From Desulfomonilia bacterium (GTDB taxonomy: Bacteria; Desulfobacterota; Desulfomonilia; UBA1062), in NCBI GenBank assembly GCA_963664325.2, contig CAXXDQ010000002.1, forward strand, positions 64,001 through 128,000: a DNA stretch of 64,000 nt. The letters are read 5' to 3'. How positions within the stretch are numbered: the stretch's first letter is position 1; the number at the start of each line of letters is the position of its first letter. A program made the position numbers and the translations under genes. Of this stretch, positions 39,578-50,011 are shown piece after piece. The notes below the pieces were generated by a model. The model was not told the DNA's origin, made no database searches, and worked only from the letters and a program-made list of their open reading frames with translations.

Positions 39578-40321
39578 TCATGAAGTTGTTTTTGTCTGCA
39601 TGTTCAAAGGTTTTTCCAGATGGTTGTCCTCAAGGAGCCTGATGTCTGAAAAGATGTCTTTTGTCATGCCGTCTGCCGCCATACGGCCTCCATTAATTAC
39701 TATCGTCCTTTCACATACATCGAGAACCAGATCCAGATCGTGAGTAGCTATTATCTTCGTGTGCTTGAAGGTCTTGAGCCAGTCGATCAGCTGTCTTCTC
39801 GATTTGGGGTCAAGGCCGCTGCTGGGTTCGTCAAGGAGAAGTATGTCGGGGGTCATGGACAAAACCGTCGCAATTGCCACCGCCTTTTTCTGGCCACCCG
39901 AAAGTCTGTACGGCGGCCTGTTTTTCAAGTGAATTGCATCAACCATTATGAGTGCCGTTTCCACCCGGTTTCTGATCTCTTCCACGGGAATGCCCATATT
40001 GAGCGGTCCGAAAGCCACATCGTCATAAACAGTAGGCATGAAAAGCTGGTCATCGGGGTCCTGGAAAATCGTACCGACCCTTTTACGCACATCCTTGAGA
40101 GTTTTATCGGTAAGTGGAAAATCACCGATCCTGACGATACCCGATGACGGGGTCAGACAGCCGTTTAAAAGCAGCAGCATTGTCGATTTTCCTGCACCGT
40201 TCGCCCCTACAACGCCAACGCTTTCTCCGTGGATTATTTTGAAATTTACACCGTCCAGGGCCTTTGTGCCGTCCGGGTATGCATATTCAAGACTGACAGC
40301 TTCGACAATGTGATGGCTCAT
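39578..40321 (-). CDS. cbiO: ECF transporter ATPase (CbiO/NikO)
   Basis: GANGAGKST, FQDPDDQLF, LSGGQKK and LLDEP motifs. Confidence 0.92.
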   Translation of the reverse strand: MSHHIVEAVSLEYAYPDGTKALDGVNFKIIHGESVGVVGANGAGKSTMLLLLNGCLTPSSGIVRIGDFPLTDKTLKDVRKRVGTIFQDPDDQLFMPTVYDDVAFGPLNMGIPVEEIRNRVETALIMVDAIHLKNRPPYRLSGGQKKAVAIATVLSMTPDILLLDEPSSGLDPKSRRQLIDWLKTFKHTKIIATHDLDLVLDVCERTIVINGGRMAADGMTKDIFSDIRLLEDNHLEKPLNMQTKTTS

Positions 40322-41127
40322 GATGCCATCCTTATTATCAGACTGCCGAGCGCCTGCGGCAGGTTATAAGTCCTGCACAGGAAGAAAAACATGCACCAGA
40401 GTAATATGTATGAATAATCCGCCGGTCTCATTTTCATGGTTTTCATTATCCTTATCTCACCTTCGAAACCTCGCGAAACCATTGCATTATGGATGCGTTC
40501 CGCCCTGTTTATTGACCTTAACAGAAGTTGACCGACAAGAGAGCCGATGATTTTTATGTCAGGGTATGTTCGGAATGACCTCAGGCTGTGTGCGCGGATC
40601 ATCCTTAACGCCTCATCGAACAGCACGAATATATACCGGTACATGAATAGAAGCTGTACCGCAAAGACCCTGGGAATCTTGAGCCTGATAAGGCCAGCGC
40701 ACATGGTTTCGAATCCGGTTGTCGCAACCAGTGTAAGAGCGGTTCCAACTGTCAGGATAAACTTAATCATAATCGATATGAATGAAATTGTGCCGCCTGA
40801 GATGCCCAGGCTTCCGATATTCATTACGATCTGGCGGTCAATAAAGGGGTTGGCGATCCCTATGGCGATGGCAAATGGGGACACTGCAAGTATTTTCACG
40901 CCCATGTTTTTTAAAGGAATCCTACCCAGAGACATTACGACAACCGGATATATGATCAACGGCAGCAGGCCTGAAAGTTCATACTTCGGAAAAGAAACAG
41001 TAATAAAAATAAAACAAATGGTAACAAGAAACTTTGAACGCGGGTCAAGCTTGTGAACAGGTGTGTCCTTAAGGGATAGAAGGTTAAGGCTGCCGATTGA
41101 GTTCAATGCTTTCTCGATACCTGCCAA
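40318..41127 (-). CDS. cbiQ: ECF transporter T component (CbiQ/NikQ)
   Basis: HKLDPRSK, MYRYIFVL and RAERIHNAMVSRGF motifs; TTG start. Confidence 0.9.
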   Translation of the reverse strand: MAGIEKALNSIGSLNLLSLKDTPVHKLDPRSKFLVTICFIFITVSFPKYELSGLLPLIIYPVVVMSLGRIPLKNMGVKILAVSPFAIAIGIANPFIDRQIVMNIGSLGISGGTISFISIMIKFILTVGTALTLVATTGFETMCAGLIRLKIPRVFAVQLLFMYRYIFVLFDEALRMIRAHSLRSFRTYPDIKIIGSLVGQLLLRSINRAERIHNAMVSRGFEGEIRIMKTMKMRPADYSYILLWCMFFFLCRTYNLPQALGSLIIRMAS

Positions 41128-41163
41128 AAGTACTCTCCGTGATATTTATTGAGCCTGCTCAAA

Positions 41164-41205
41164 ATCATCCGGAGGAAAGGAAGAGGGCCTTATCCTCCGG
41201 ATGAT
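41164..41205. other. Intergenic hairpin between the M and Q genes
   Basis: ATCATCCGGAGGA...TCCTCCGGATGAT, 13-bp perfect arms. Confidence 0.55.
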
Positions 41206-41255
41206 CGATATCAGACTGTCAACAAGATGTTCGCAACAGAAAATGATATCAATTT

Positions 41256-42296
41256 TTATGTTTTTGCCTGATTGCCTGCTTTTCTGAGAACCATGCCGAT
41301 GAGAAAAGCCAATGCAAGGGTAAGGATTCCTCCGATAATTCCGGCAAAAGAAGTTCCTGCACTTATTCCCGGCCAGGTCTCGGAGGTCTTTTCCTCCACG
41401 GATTCGCTCTTGGAAACGGTCTGCTTAAAATTATAATCAGGCAGTATTGCGGTCTTTTCCTGAATTGATGAAAGCGCTTTGTGGATATTGTCTGTGGGCG
41501 GGGCCAGTTCTTCCTTTCCAGCAGTGCGGAACACGGACCATTCGAGGCCGTCAGGCTGGGATGAGGCGAACCATGCAAGAATGCCTCCTGTCAGTGCTGC
41601 GGTGATACCGATGGCAATAACAATACCTTTTATGGGAGTCTGTACTTTGAGGCCTTTTCTATGGGTTATGATCTCAGGCCTTGCCTTTATGACAAATGAG
41701 ACCACTGCTGCGGTAACGATGCCTTCAACTATACCGATTGCAAGATGTATCGGCTGCATGAGAAGAACAAATGTTTTGAACGGGAGTTCACTAATTCCTG
41801 ATGACATGGTCTCAATGACTACGCTGGAGGCCCCCAGTTGAAGTCCGATAATTGCTGCTAACAAAGAACCAGTGATGATTTTCCCTTGAGTCGGTTTTTC
41901 TCCAGCTATTTTTTTGTAGATAAGGGGATAGGCGACAAAACATGTCCAGAAGCCAAGATTGAATATGTTACAGCCAAGGGCAAGCAGTCCGCCGTCTCCG
42001 AATATGAGTGCCTGCACGGTCAGGATAGAAGCCATGACAATGAACCCTGCGTAAGGTCCCAACAGAATAGAGAGAATAAGTCCTCCTCCAAGATGGCCGC
42101 TTGAACCGGTGGCTGGAATGGTAAAATTGATCATCTGTGCTGAAAAAACAAATGCCCCCAGTACGCCCATAAGCGCTGTCCGGCTGTTCTGACCCTCGTT
42201 TGATAACTTTTTAGACGAATAAGCCACAAGACCAGCTGAAACCGCCCACATCGCACCACCGACTGCCGGTGATATAAGCGCATCAGCCATATGCAT
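41256..42296 (-). CDS. cbiM: ECF S component CbiM/NikM fused to a PDGLE (N) domain
   Basis: Metal-binding N-terminus MHMADAL, GSSGHLGG, GDGG, PDGLEW and LPDY motifs; GGAGGT RBS 7 nt upstream. Confidence 0.9.
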   Translation of the reverse strand: MHMADALISPAVGGAMWAVSAGLVAYSSKKLSNEGQNSRTALMGVLGAFVFSAQMINFTIPATGSSGHLGGGLILSILLGPYAGFIVMASILTVQALIFGDGGLLALGCNIFNLGFWTCFVAYPLIYKKIAGEKPTQGKIITGSLLAAIIGLQLGASSVVIETMSSGISELPFKTFVLLMQPIHLAIGIVEGIVTAAVVSFVIKARPEIITHRKGLKVQTPIKGIVIAIGITAALTGGILAWFASSQPDGLEWSVFRTAGKEELAPPTDNIHKALSSIQEKTAILPDYNFKQTVSKSESVEEKTSETWPGISAGTSFAGIIGGILTLALAFLIGMVLRKAGNQAKT

Positions 42297-42330
42297 GACC
42301 ATAACCTCCAGAATAAGAATCGAAGATAAC

Positions 42331-42357
42331 GTAGCACGAAAATAAAAATAGTAGCAA
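42331..42357 (-). promoter_or_regulatory. Putative NikR operator
   Basis: Minus strand TTGCTAC-N13-GTGCTAC just upstream of the RBS; resembles the GTGCTAC-N13-GTGTTAC type site I recall for Geobacter NikR. Confidence 0.55.
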
Positions 42358-42564
42358 GTATAAAATACTTTTCAGACAAACGTAACATTGGCGGAATTAT
42401 ACGGGAGTTTTAAAAATTGACTGAACATGAATGAAGCGGGTATCATGAATCATGTCATCTTTGCTGGTTTGATTAACAAAAACAACCGGAGAAATTTGGC
42501 TTATTTCTCAACTTTGTTCAGCAAAACAGTTTTTTAATAAAAAATCATAGAGAGGAATTGCGCT

Positions 42565-44124
42565 ATGAAAGAGCGAACAATAACCAGAAGGAACATGATA
42601 AAGCTGGGGGTTCTGGCCGGAGCTGCAGCCTCCTGCCCTGGAGGAGCAGGGCTGATTTCCGGTCTGCTGGAATTACCTGGTGCTTCTGCATATGCAGCCG
42701 GAGCCCCCAGGTCGTTACCTATCAGAAAAATTCCGGGGTTCACAGGCAAACAGCCTAATATAGTACTGATACTGTGTGATGATCTGGGGCAGGGTGATCC
42801 GGGATGCTACGGTGACAGAACCATTCGTACACCCAACATCGACCGTCTGGCCTCCGAAGGAGTACGTTTTACCGATTTTTATGCCTCGGCTTCATTGTGT
42901 ACGCCCTCGCGGATTGGCCTTCTCACGGGACGTTATGCCATACGGTCTGGCATGGTTTTTCCGATGCAGTCCGGTGGACAGAGCATGACGGCCAGGATCA
43001 TGCAGTCTGTCGGACGCGGGTTCGGAAGGCTGGGAGCCATAGATCTCTCGGTTAAAAGCCTGGTAGATGGTATCCCCGCTGATGAGATCACCATCGCTGA
43101 TGCTTTGAAGGTGGCCGGATACAGGACGGGAATGATAGGCAAATGGCATCTTGGAGATTTCAGCCATAACCCTGAATACCACCCTATGCAGCATGGCTTT
43201 GATGAGTTCTTCGGAACACCCATGACCAACGATGAATTGCCCAACCCGCTTTTTAGAAATAAAACCATGCTGGAAAAGGATATCGGTTTGAACCAGGCGA
43301 GGCTCACCGGTCTTTCGACCGGTGAAGCAATCGGTTTCATCAGGCGTAATAAGGACAGGCAGCCGTTCTTCCTTTATCTGGCTTATCATGCGCCGCATCT
43401 GCCGCTGGTTGCCTCGGAAAAGTTCAAGGATAAATCCCGTGCCGGCATCTATGGAGATGTGGTGGAGGAGCTTGACTGGGGCGTGGGTGAGGTATTGCGA
43501 TACTTGAAGGAAACGGGTCTGGAAAAGGATACGATAGTTATTTTCACCAGCGACAACGGTCCCTGGTACAACGGCAACCCCGGCGACGCGTATAGAGGCA
43601 GGAAGGGGGAAAGCTATGAGGGTGGATTCCGCACGCCACTGATCGTGAGGTGGCCGGGAAAGATCGCTGAAGGAAGCGTATGCACGGAACCGGCACAGAA
43701 CATTGATTTTTTTCCGACCCTCTCGGCCCTTGCCGGCCTTAATCTGCCCGCAGACCGCATTATCGATGGCAAGGATATGCAGGGGCTTTGGACGGGGAAG
43801 GATAAAAAGTCACCCCACGACGCGTTTTTCTTCTATCATGTGGAACAACTTGAAGGTTTGCGGGCCGGCGACTGGAAATACTTCCGTCATGTCAACCACT
43901 ATACCTGGCCGCAACCTCTCGACAAGCCGACTACGACCTTCGGCAAGCTTTCAAGGGACAGGTTTCTGGGGAATTGGCCGAATCTCTACAACCTCAAGAC
44001 TGATTTAGGCGAAAATTATGATCTGGCCTCGCGGTATCCCAATGTCTGTACGCAAATGGAAAAGATCATGACAGACTGGGAAAAGGGCATTACAAATAAC
44101 CGCAAGGGATGGATAAAAAAATAG
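42565..44124 (+). CDS. Tat-exported Cys-type arylsulfatase
   Basis: TRRNMIK twin-arginine signal; DDLG, CTPSR...LTGRY, GKWHLG, SDNGP and YEGG motifs. Confidence 0.93.
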   Translation: MKERTITRRNMIKLGVLAGAAASCPGGAGLISGLLELPGASAYAAGAPRSLPIRKIPGFTGKQPNIVLILCDDLGQGDPGCYGDRTIRTPNIDRLASEGVRFTDFYASASLCTPSRIGLLTGRYAIRSGMVFPMQSGGQSMTARIMQSVGRGFGRLGAIDLSVKSLVDGIPADEITIADALKVAGYRTGMIGKWHLGDFSHNPEYHPMQHGFDEFFGTPMTNDELPNPLFRNKTMLEKDIGLNQARLTGLSTGEAIGFIRRNKDRQPFFLYLAYHAPHLPLVASEKFKDKSRAGIYGDVVEELDWGVGEVLRYLKETGLEKDTIVIFTSDNGPWYNGNPGDAYRGRKGESYEGGFRTPLIVRWPGKIAEGSVCTEPAQNIDFFPTLSALAGLNLPADRIIDGKDMQGLWTGKDKKSPHDAFFFYHVEQLEGLRAGDWKYFRHVNHYTWPQPLDKPTTTFGKLSRDRFLGNWPNLYNLKTDLGENYDLASRYPNVCTQMEKIMTDWEKGITNNRKGWIKK

Positions 44125-44192
44125 TTTATGGGACTAAACTTGCTAAATTTTTATATGGGAGCGGAAAGGACTGAACTTATAGTCTGAAAATA

Positions 44193-45428
44193 ATGGTCAA
44201 GAAACCCTTACAGAGCATCCTGGTCAAACCAGCCGGCCCCGATTGCAACATGGCCTGCACCTATTGCTTTTACACAGGCAAGCAGAACCTGTTTTCTGAG
44301 ACCACTGAACACCGTATGAATGAAACAGTGCTCACAGAGCTTATCAGACAGTTCATGGGACAATCAACAGCTGATGTCTCCATCGCCTGGCAGGGCGGTG
44401 AACCGACTCTTATGGGATTATCTTTTTTTAAAAAGGCCGTTGAGCTGGAAGAGCGTTTTGGAAAAGGAAAAACAATAGGCAACGGCCTGCAGACCAACGG
44501 CCTCCTGCTCGATAAAAGCTGGGCCGGATTTTTCAAACGGTACAGCTTCCTGATAGGGCTTTCCATTGATGGTCCCGAGCATGTACATGACCACTACCGC
44601 CGACGGCTCGGGGGGCAGGCAACATGGCACGCAGTATACGACAGTGCCAGGCTGCTGCTTGATGCAGGTGTGTCAGTGAATGCCCTTACTGTTATCAACG
44701 ATTACTCGTCACGCTTCCCGGATGAGGTCTATGGCTTTCACCGGGATGCCGGTTTGAACTACATGCAATTCATCCCTTGCCTGGAACCTGATCCCCGACA
44801 CCCGGCCCGAGCTGCATCATTCTCGGTTTCCCCTCAGGCCTACGGCGAATTCCTTTGCCGCGTGTTTGACCTCTGGCTCAGGGACTTCAAGAACGGCAAG
44901 CCGACCACTTCCATACGCTTCTTTGAAGCGCTATTGTTCAGCTATGCCGGGTTTCCTGCCACGGAATGCACCCTGATGCCAGAATGCGGCCAGTACGTAG
45001 TGGTTGAACATAACGGTGACGTCTTTGCCTGCGACTTCTTTGTCGAACCCGAAAGGAAACTGGGAAATATCTTGCATGTCCGTTTGGATGATATGCTCAA
45101 CTCGAGCAGACAGCTGGCTTTCGGCAAAGGCAAGTCCGATCTTCCTTCCGAGTGTGCGGATTGCAAATGGCTTGCGGTATGCCGCGGGGGATGCCTGAAG
45201 GACCGCCTCCTCGGTATGCACAACGGCAGGCTCAATTATTTCTGCCCTTCATTCAAGCTGTTTTTCACCCATGCCGATTCCGGATTGCGGAAATTGGTAG
45301 CGGAATGGAAGCTTGAACAGGTTTCCGGAAGCGGTCTGGCTGTGCCACATTCCGGTCATACCGGCCGCAATGAGCCATGCCCGTGCGGAAGCGGAAAAAA
45401 ATACAAACGCTGCTGCGGCAAGGGATAG
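44193..45428 (+). CDS. Anaerobic sulfatase maturase (radical SAM/SPASM) with C-terminal SEC-C motif
   Basis: CNMACTYC, WQGGEP, SPASM cysteines (C..C.....CRGGC) and GRNEPCPCGSGKKYKRCC. Confidence 0.93.
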   Translation: MVKKPLQSILVKPAGPDCNMACTYCFYTGKQNLFSETTEHRMNETVLTELIRQFMGQSTADVSIAWQGGEPTLMGLSFFKKAVELEERFGKGKTIGNGLQTNGLLLDKSWAGFFKRYSFLIGLSIDGPEHVHDHYRRRLGGQATWHAVYDSARLLLDAGVSVNALTVINDYSSRFPDEVYGFHRDAGLNYMQFIPCLEPDPRHPARAASFSVSPQAYGEFLCRVFDLWLRDFKNGKPTTSIRFFEALLFSYAGFPATECTLMPECGQYVVVEHNGDVFACDFFVEPERKLGNILHVRLDDMLNSSRQLAFGKGKSDLPSECADCKWLAVCRGGCLKDRLLGMHNGRLNYFCPSFKLFFTHADSGLRKLVAEWKLEQVSGSGLAVPHSGHTGRNEPCPCGSGKKYKRCCGKG

Positions 45429-45483
45429 TTGCCCGCCCAACATAAATTTTACCCGAGCCGCCTATACGATATCTACTGCCTTA

Positions 45484-47853
45484 TCACCCCCATAATCCTC
45501 GTTTTCTTGACCGTCTGGGCAACCATAGGGCAAGATTGATCAGTATGAAAACAGGCAATTGTCTTAATGAACGCTGCTGCTTTATGAACCTGTTGAGGAT
45601 ATTCCGCGGGGAGTAAAATTCATTCAGAAATGCCCTGTAGCCGTTTTCAAGCATATCGGTGTCGAGGGTTTTGGGGCGGACTATGACACTGTAGCCCGTA
45701 TAGTTTTCATATGACCCCCTTTGAAGCAGCCTGCCTTCCTTATCCGCACAGGTATGAAAATCCGTGCCGGGATAGGGGATAGGCAGATTGGCCGCCACGC
45801 TGCACAGAGAACTGTCGTTCAGGAAGTCAAGCGTTTGGCGGAAAACACTTTCATCGTCTGCATCAAGGCCGAATATCAGGCCGCCGATGACTAAAATTCC
45901 ATGTTTGTCAAAAACTGATAACAGCTCCTTATATTTCTTCACGTTGTTGAATGACTTGGATACGGAATCAAGGCTCTGGTTATTGATGCTTTCCAGCCCT
46001 ACGAAAACTCCTTTGCAGCCGGCCAGTGAAGCCAGATGTATGAGCTCTTCATCGGCTGCAACACTCAATTGCGTCTGGAAATACAATCTCTTTTTTAAGG
46101 GCCTTATCGCAGTGAAGAGTTCCTTTGCGTATTCGCCGTCAACAGGCAGGTTGTCATCCATAAAGATAATATCCGTCGAGTCGGACTGCCGTATATCGGA
46201 AACTACCTGCTCAACGGGCCTTTTGCGATAGGTTGGATGAATATACCTGTTGAAGCAGAAAGAGCACCTGTTAGGGCAGCCCCTGGTAGCTTCGACTGGA
46301 TAAACCGGCAGATAGAATTTGGAATGGAGCAAATCCACCCTCGGGCTGTTGAGATTGGATATATCAGGGGGTTCTTCATTATAATAGCGTCTTTTAAGAG
46401 CGCCTGCTTCCAGATCCCTGAGAAGCTCATCCCATGCGCCGCCTTCGGCTTCTCCAATAAGGACCGAGTCAAAGTATTCAAGCACTTCCCCGGGGACTGC
46501 TGTTGCATGCGTACCTCCCGCAACTGTTTTGATGCCGGAGGAGGCCGCCTCCTGCGCAATGCCGTATGCAAGCATGGCATTGTTGCAGGAAAAGGTAACA
46601 CCTATCAGGTCAATTCCGTCTTTAGGGATTTCGATCTTCTCCACACGTCCGTCAAGGATTCTTACAGTATGCTTTTCAGGTGTGGCCCCTGCCAGCCTCG
46701 GGAGCGTAAGCGTCCTGAAGGTGGTATAAGGAAGACTCCTGGGCTGGGCGTCAATAAGGAGAATATTCAATCCCGGCCCGGTGTTGTCGACTTGAGAAAA
46801 AGTATTTTTGTTATCAAGGCTGCTCATGATAAGACATTCATAAAATGGAAATGTCTTGTTATCGGCGTCTTTCTGCTGCATTGTGAGAAAGTCAATAATC
46901 GGCAGAAGATAGTCCTTCCATGAACAGTAGATGTCGGAAAAACACACAGCCCACGATTCGGGATATTTTGGAGGGACTACTGTTAAAGGCCACATGTGCT
47001 TTTGTATGATGTCCCGTTCCCTTTCCGAAAGTTCGGTTACTGTCTCGGCATTTTTAAGCGCTATCCCGGGGTGCTTGAAACCGTGAAAGTTCGGTCCCTC
47101 CCTGAGCCAGTCATAGAAGAACAAATCATGCAGCAATGCGCCTCTGGCAGTTGATGAGCAGTCGAGAGACAGGAATCTTGACAATTTGAATGAGAGCCAT
47201 GAGACTTCCAGAACATGATCGAGTCTGGTTTTGCCGAAATGATGATTGCAGTCTTTCAGCCTTGCAACATCATCATTCATCAGAAGAGGTGAAACAATAC
47301 TTATGAAGTCTTCTTTCAGTGATTCCAGTTCCTGACTTTCCTGATATTTCCAGAATATACCTTCCAGGGTTATAAGCAAATCCACTGTCATCAAAACAGC
47401 GCTTGTTAAAATAATTATATCAGGAAGCGGCTGCAGTGATCTGTGCGAAGACAAGACATATATAACGATTGGGCCTAATACTGCATCAATAGCCAGCGCC
47501 ATACATGTCCAGTAAACAGAGAATCTCAGGCACACATACCCCTTGATATTAAAATGCTGGTCAGAGTAATCCCACAACCTGATCTTGAAAAATTTATCAA
47601 GACTCCAGCCCGAGATAAGCTCGAATCCGCTCAAAGCAAGTAAATAGGCCATAGCTTTTGCAGGCAGCCCGTAATTTAAGGTTATGGCCTGAACGGCCAT
47701 TATAAGAAGCATGCCAAAACCATAGACCGGCAGGTAATATCCTGCCAGAAAACCCGGATTTACAAACCTTCCCGCATGTATTGACCGGTAAATAACTTCC
47801 AACACCCATCCCAGAACCGATGCTACGACAAAACAGTAAACAAGGACTTTCAT
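45484..47853 (-). CDS. Fusion of CmpB/DUF1113-type membrane domain, HD domain and B12-binding radical SAM
   Basis: GWVLEV...GFL.G..LPVYGFG...LWDYS...NIKGYVCL; RLDH...LLHDLFFYDW...HP...KHMWPLT; GGTHAT, GEAE, TRGCPNRCSFC, DDN and GLES motifs; one uninterrupted 789-aa ORF. Confidence 0.85.
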   Translation of the reverse strand: MKVLVYCFVVASVLGWVLEVIYRSIHAGRFVNPGFLAGYYLPVYGFGMLLIMAVQAITLNYGLPAKAMAYLLALSGFELISGWSLDKFFKIRLWDYSDQHFNIKGYVCLRFSVYWTCMALAIDAVLGPIVIYVLSSHRSLQPLPDIIILTSAVLMTVDLLITLEGIFWKYQESQELESLKEDFISIVSPLLMNDDVARLKDCNHHFGKTRLDHVLEVSWLSFKLSRFLSLDCSSTARGALLHDLFFYDWLREGPNFHGFKHPGIALKNAETVTELSERERDIIQKHMWPLTVVPPKYPESWAVCFSDIYCSWKDYLLPIIDFLTMQQKDADNKTFPFYECLIMSSLDNKNTFSQVDNTGPGLNILLIDAQPRSLPYTTFRTLTLPRLAGATPEKHTVRILDGRVEKIEIPKDGIDLIGVTFSCNNAMLAYGIAQEAASSGIKTVAGGTHATAVPGEVLEYFDSVLIGEAEGGAWDELLRDLEAGALKRRYYNEEPPDISNLNSPRVDLLHSKFYLPVYPVEATRGCPNRCSFCFNRYIHPTYRKRPVEQVVSDIRQSDSTDIIFMDDNLPVDGEYAKELFTAIRPLKKRLYFQTQLSVAADEELIHLASLAGCKGVFVGLESINNQSLDSVSKSFNNVKKYKELLSVFDKHGILVIGGLIFGLDADDESVFRQTLDFLNDSSLCSVAANLPIPYPGTDFHTCADKEGRLLQRGSYENYTGYSVIVRPKTLDTDMLENGYRAFLNEFYSPRNILNRFIKQQRSLRQLPVFILINLALWLPRRSRKRGLWG

Positions 47854-47979
47854 ACTTCCTCCCGGAATAGTAAATTTCTATTTGATATGAACCGTTGAAC
47901 ATATTGTTATATTGTTCAGCGTGATGATAAAAAAATATCCCCTTTTAATATTCATGTGAGAGACATGATTGACTATGCT

Positions 47980-48573
47980 TCAGGCTTCTTTTTTAATTAA
48001 CAGTCCCCGGCAAAATATATCCAGAAGCTCTTTCAATCCATCCTGTATGGCATCGGGATCTCCCGAAGCCGGGATGAAGGTTTCTATGCCCTTGAATGCC
48101 GCAATCAGCATTCCCGCGACAACTGAAGCCGGTATCTTCCGGAACTCGCCTTTGACCTGGCCTTCTTCTATAATCGATTTTAGCAGTTCGGTTTCCTGTT
48201 TGACGAAGGCATCTCTGCATTTTCCTTCTACAATGCCGGCATCGTTTCCCGCAGTCTGGGATATTTTATGCAGATTGATGGTATGTTTGATTTTATCAAA
48301 CCTGGTCAGCATATATGCGATAAGCCTGTCGCTCGGGCGGACGCAGGTCTGAACCGCTTTTCGGATGTCAGCCATCAAAAGGGCTGCTTCTTTTTTTATA
48401 ACCTCGACAAAAATTAGCTCCTTGTTTTCATAGTAATGGTAGATAGCTGCTTTTGTCAGGCCGCATGCCTTTGCTATATCGTCGGTCGTACACTTGCGGA
48501 AACCGAGTTTTGCAAAGAGAAAACGGGCTTCGTTGAGAATCTGCTCTTTCCTTTCCAATACATTTGCTACCAT
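47980..48573 (-). CDS. TetR/AcrR family regulator
   Basis: ILNEA..LF...GF...T.DDIA...GLTKAAIYHYYENKE helix-turn-helix. Confidence 0.92.
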   Translation of the reverse strand: MVANVLERKEQILNEARFLFAKLGFRKCTTDDIAKACGLTKAAIYHYYENKELIFVEVIKKEAALLMADIRKAVQTCVRPSDRLIAYMLTRFDKIKHTINLHKISQTAGNDAGIVEGKCRDAFVKQETELLKSIIEEGQVKGEFRKIPASVVAGMLIAAFKGIETFIPASGDPDAIQDGLKELLDIFCRGLLIKKEA

Positions 48574-48785
48574 TAATTTCCTCCGGAAAAATTTATTGCT
48601 TAATTAAATTATTAAACAAATATCCTATTGGGTCAATGGTTTAATTCGTGCTGTATATACAGGGGGCTTGTCACCGGAAATCTTTCTTGATGTTTGTATC
48701 CGTAAATACCCATGGATAGTTTTTTTCTGGGCAGAAAAAGAACAGGTGAGGCCTCAATTATCCGGAACTTCTGTTTCAAAGGCAT

Positions 48786-50006
48786 CTAATACCGGGATTC
48801 TATCATCTCCATAAACGCTTCTATCCTGGTTCTGAATTGACCCTCAGTGAATTTGCGCTCGTCCACGCAGTCCACTTCGAGATTGAGCACCGGCACGCCT
48901 ATTTCACGAAGGCCTGCCTCGATAAGTCCCCGTGCTCCCGTACCCTGCCTGCAGCCCCAATTGCAGGGATTGATGGCCCCGTGAATCTTGTAATCTTTGG
49001 CGAGTTTCTTCAGATGTTCGATCCTGCGGAAACCTGAACCGTTGAACGGAATGGATATGGACCGCCGGGCCAGCCCTTCAAAGGGGTTATCAGGATCGAT
49101 CGGGTCCCATGTAATGTCGTTAAGCTCGTCACAGACTATCACTGCCTTAAAATCTTTTTCGAGGATATCGGCCAGCGGGTTTTTAAACTGGATGCGGTTC
49201 TGAATCCACAGGAGGCGGACCTTCTCACCCGGGACCCCGCTTTGATTGTCCCTGATCCTTTTTGCAAATTCGTCCCGGTATGCCCGGGCAACGCTTACGG
49301 CTTCAGGGCTGCCGAAGAAAAGCGCCATGACAATGGAGAAGTTGTTCAGATCCTTGCTGTTGGCAGGCGATGGATAATGTTTTGCCAGGTCAAACACCTC
49401 AGCCATAATCTCGCTGGTTCTATTCGTATTTTCGATTGCGGTTCTCAGCCTGTCCATATCCAGGGCGACTCCGGTGTGTTTTGTAACAAACTCCGTAAGG
49501 CTCCTTATCTGATCAGCCAGGTACCCGACTTCGGAAACCGAATCTCCCTGAGGTATCTGCAGGATGAAAAGCGGCTTTTTAAAATGTCTTGCAATGTTCT
49601 CTATTACTGCAAGACCACCGCTGCATGGATTTGTTGTACCGACAAGCAGTTCAGGTTCCGGCATTATACCCTTCAACACGGCTCCGGTCACGGACCTGTG
49701 ATAGCTGCACGCATCCGAGGAGTAACCGATGTGATCGGCCGCCTCGATAATGTCGCCCACCATGCCGGTTGAGGCAAGCATGGCGCCGATGAATTCAACG
49801 AAGCACGAGGTCATTCCCATTGCGTAAAGCAGGTCGAACGGGGCGGTAATCCCGCACCATGCAACTTTATCCTCGCCTGAATAAAGGCGTTTTCCCATCC
49901 TTGCTATCTCCAGGGAATAAAGTTTCCTGGGACTCGCCTTGCCGCCCTGGTTTTCGATTGATGTTACAATGCCCTTTTCAAGGTCTCTAAAGTAATTTTT
50001 CAGCAT
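48786..50006 (-). CDS. 2-hydroxyacyl-CoA dehydratase family subunit (HgdA/BcrB-like)
   Basis: DACSY, NPC, CNWGCRQ and LEVDCVDER...GQFRTRIEAFME motifs. Confidence 0.85.
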   Translation of the reverse strand: MLKNYFRDLEKGIVTSIENQGGKASPRKLYSLEIARMGKRLYSGEDKVAWCGITAPFDLLYAMGMTSCFVEFIGAMLASTGMVGDIIEAADHIGYSSDACSYHRSVTGAVLKGIMPEPELLVGTTNPCSGGLAVIENIARHFKKPLFILQIPQGDSVSEVGYLADQIRSLTEFVTKHTGVALDMDRLRTAIENTNRTSEIMAEVFDLAKHYPSPANSKDLNNFSIVMALFFGSPEAVSVARAYRDEFAKRIRDNQSGVPGEKVRLLWIQNRIQFKNPLADILEKDFKAVIVCDELNDITWDPIDPDNPFEGLARRSISIPFNGSGFRRIEHLKKLAKDYKIHGAINPCNWGCRQGTGARGLIEAGLREIGVPVLNLEVDCVDERKFTEGQFRTRIEAFMEMIESRY

Positions 50007-50011
50007 GATAT

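Noticed and set aside
42565-45428. Sulfatase plus maturase as a novel system
   Set aside because: This is a well-known pairing. It is annotated as features only.
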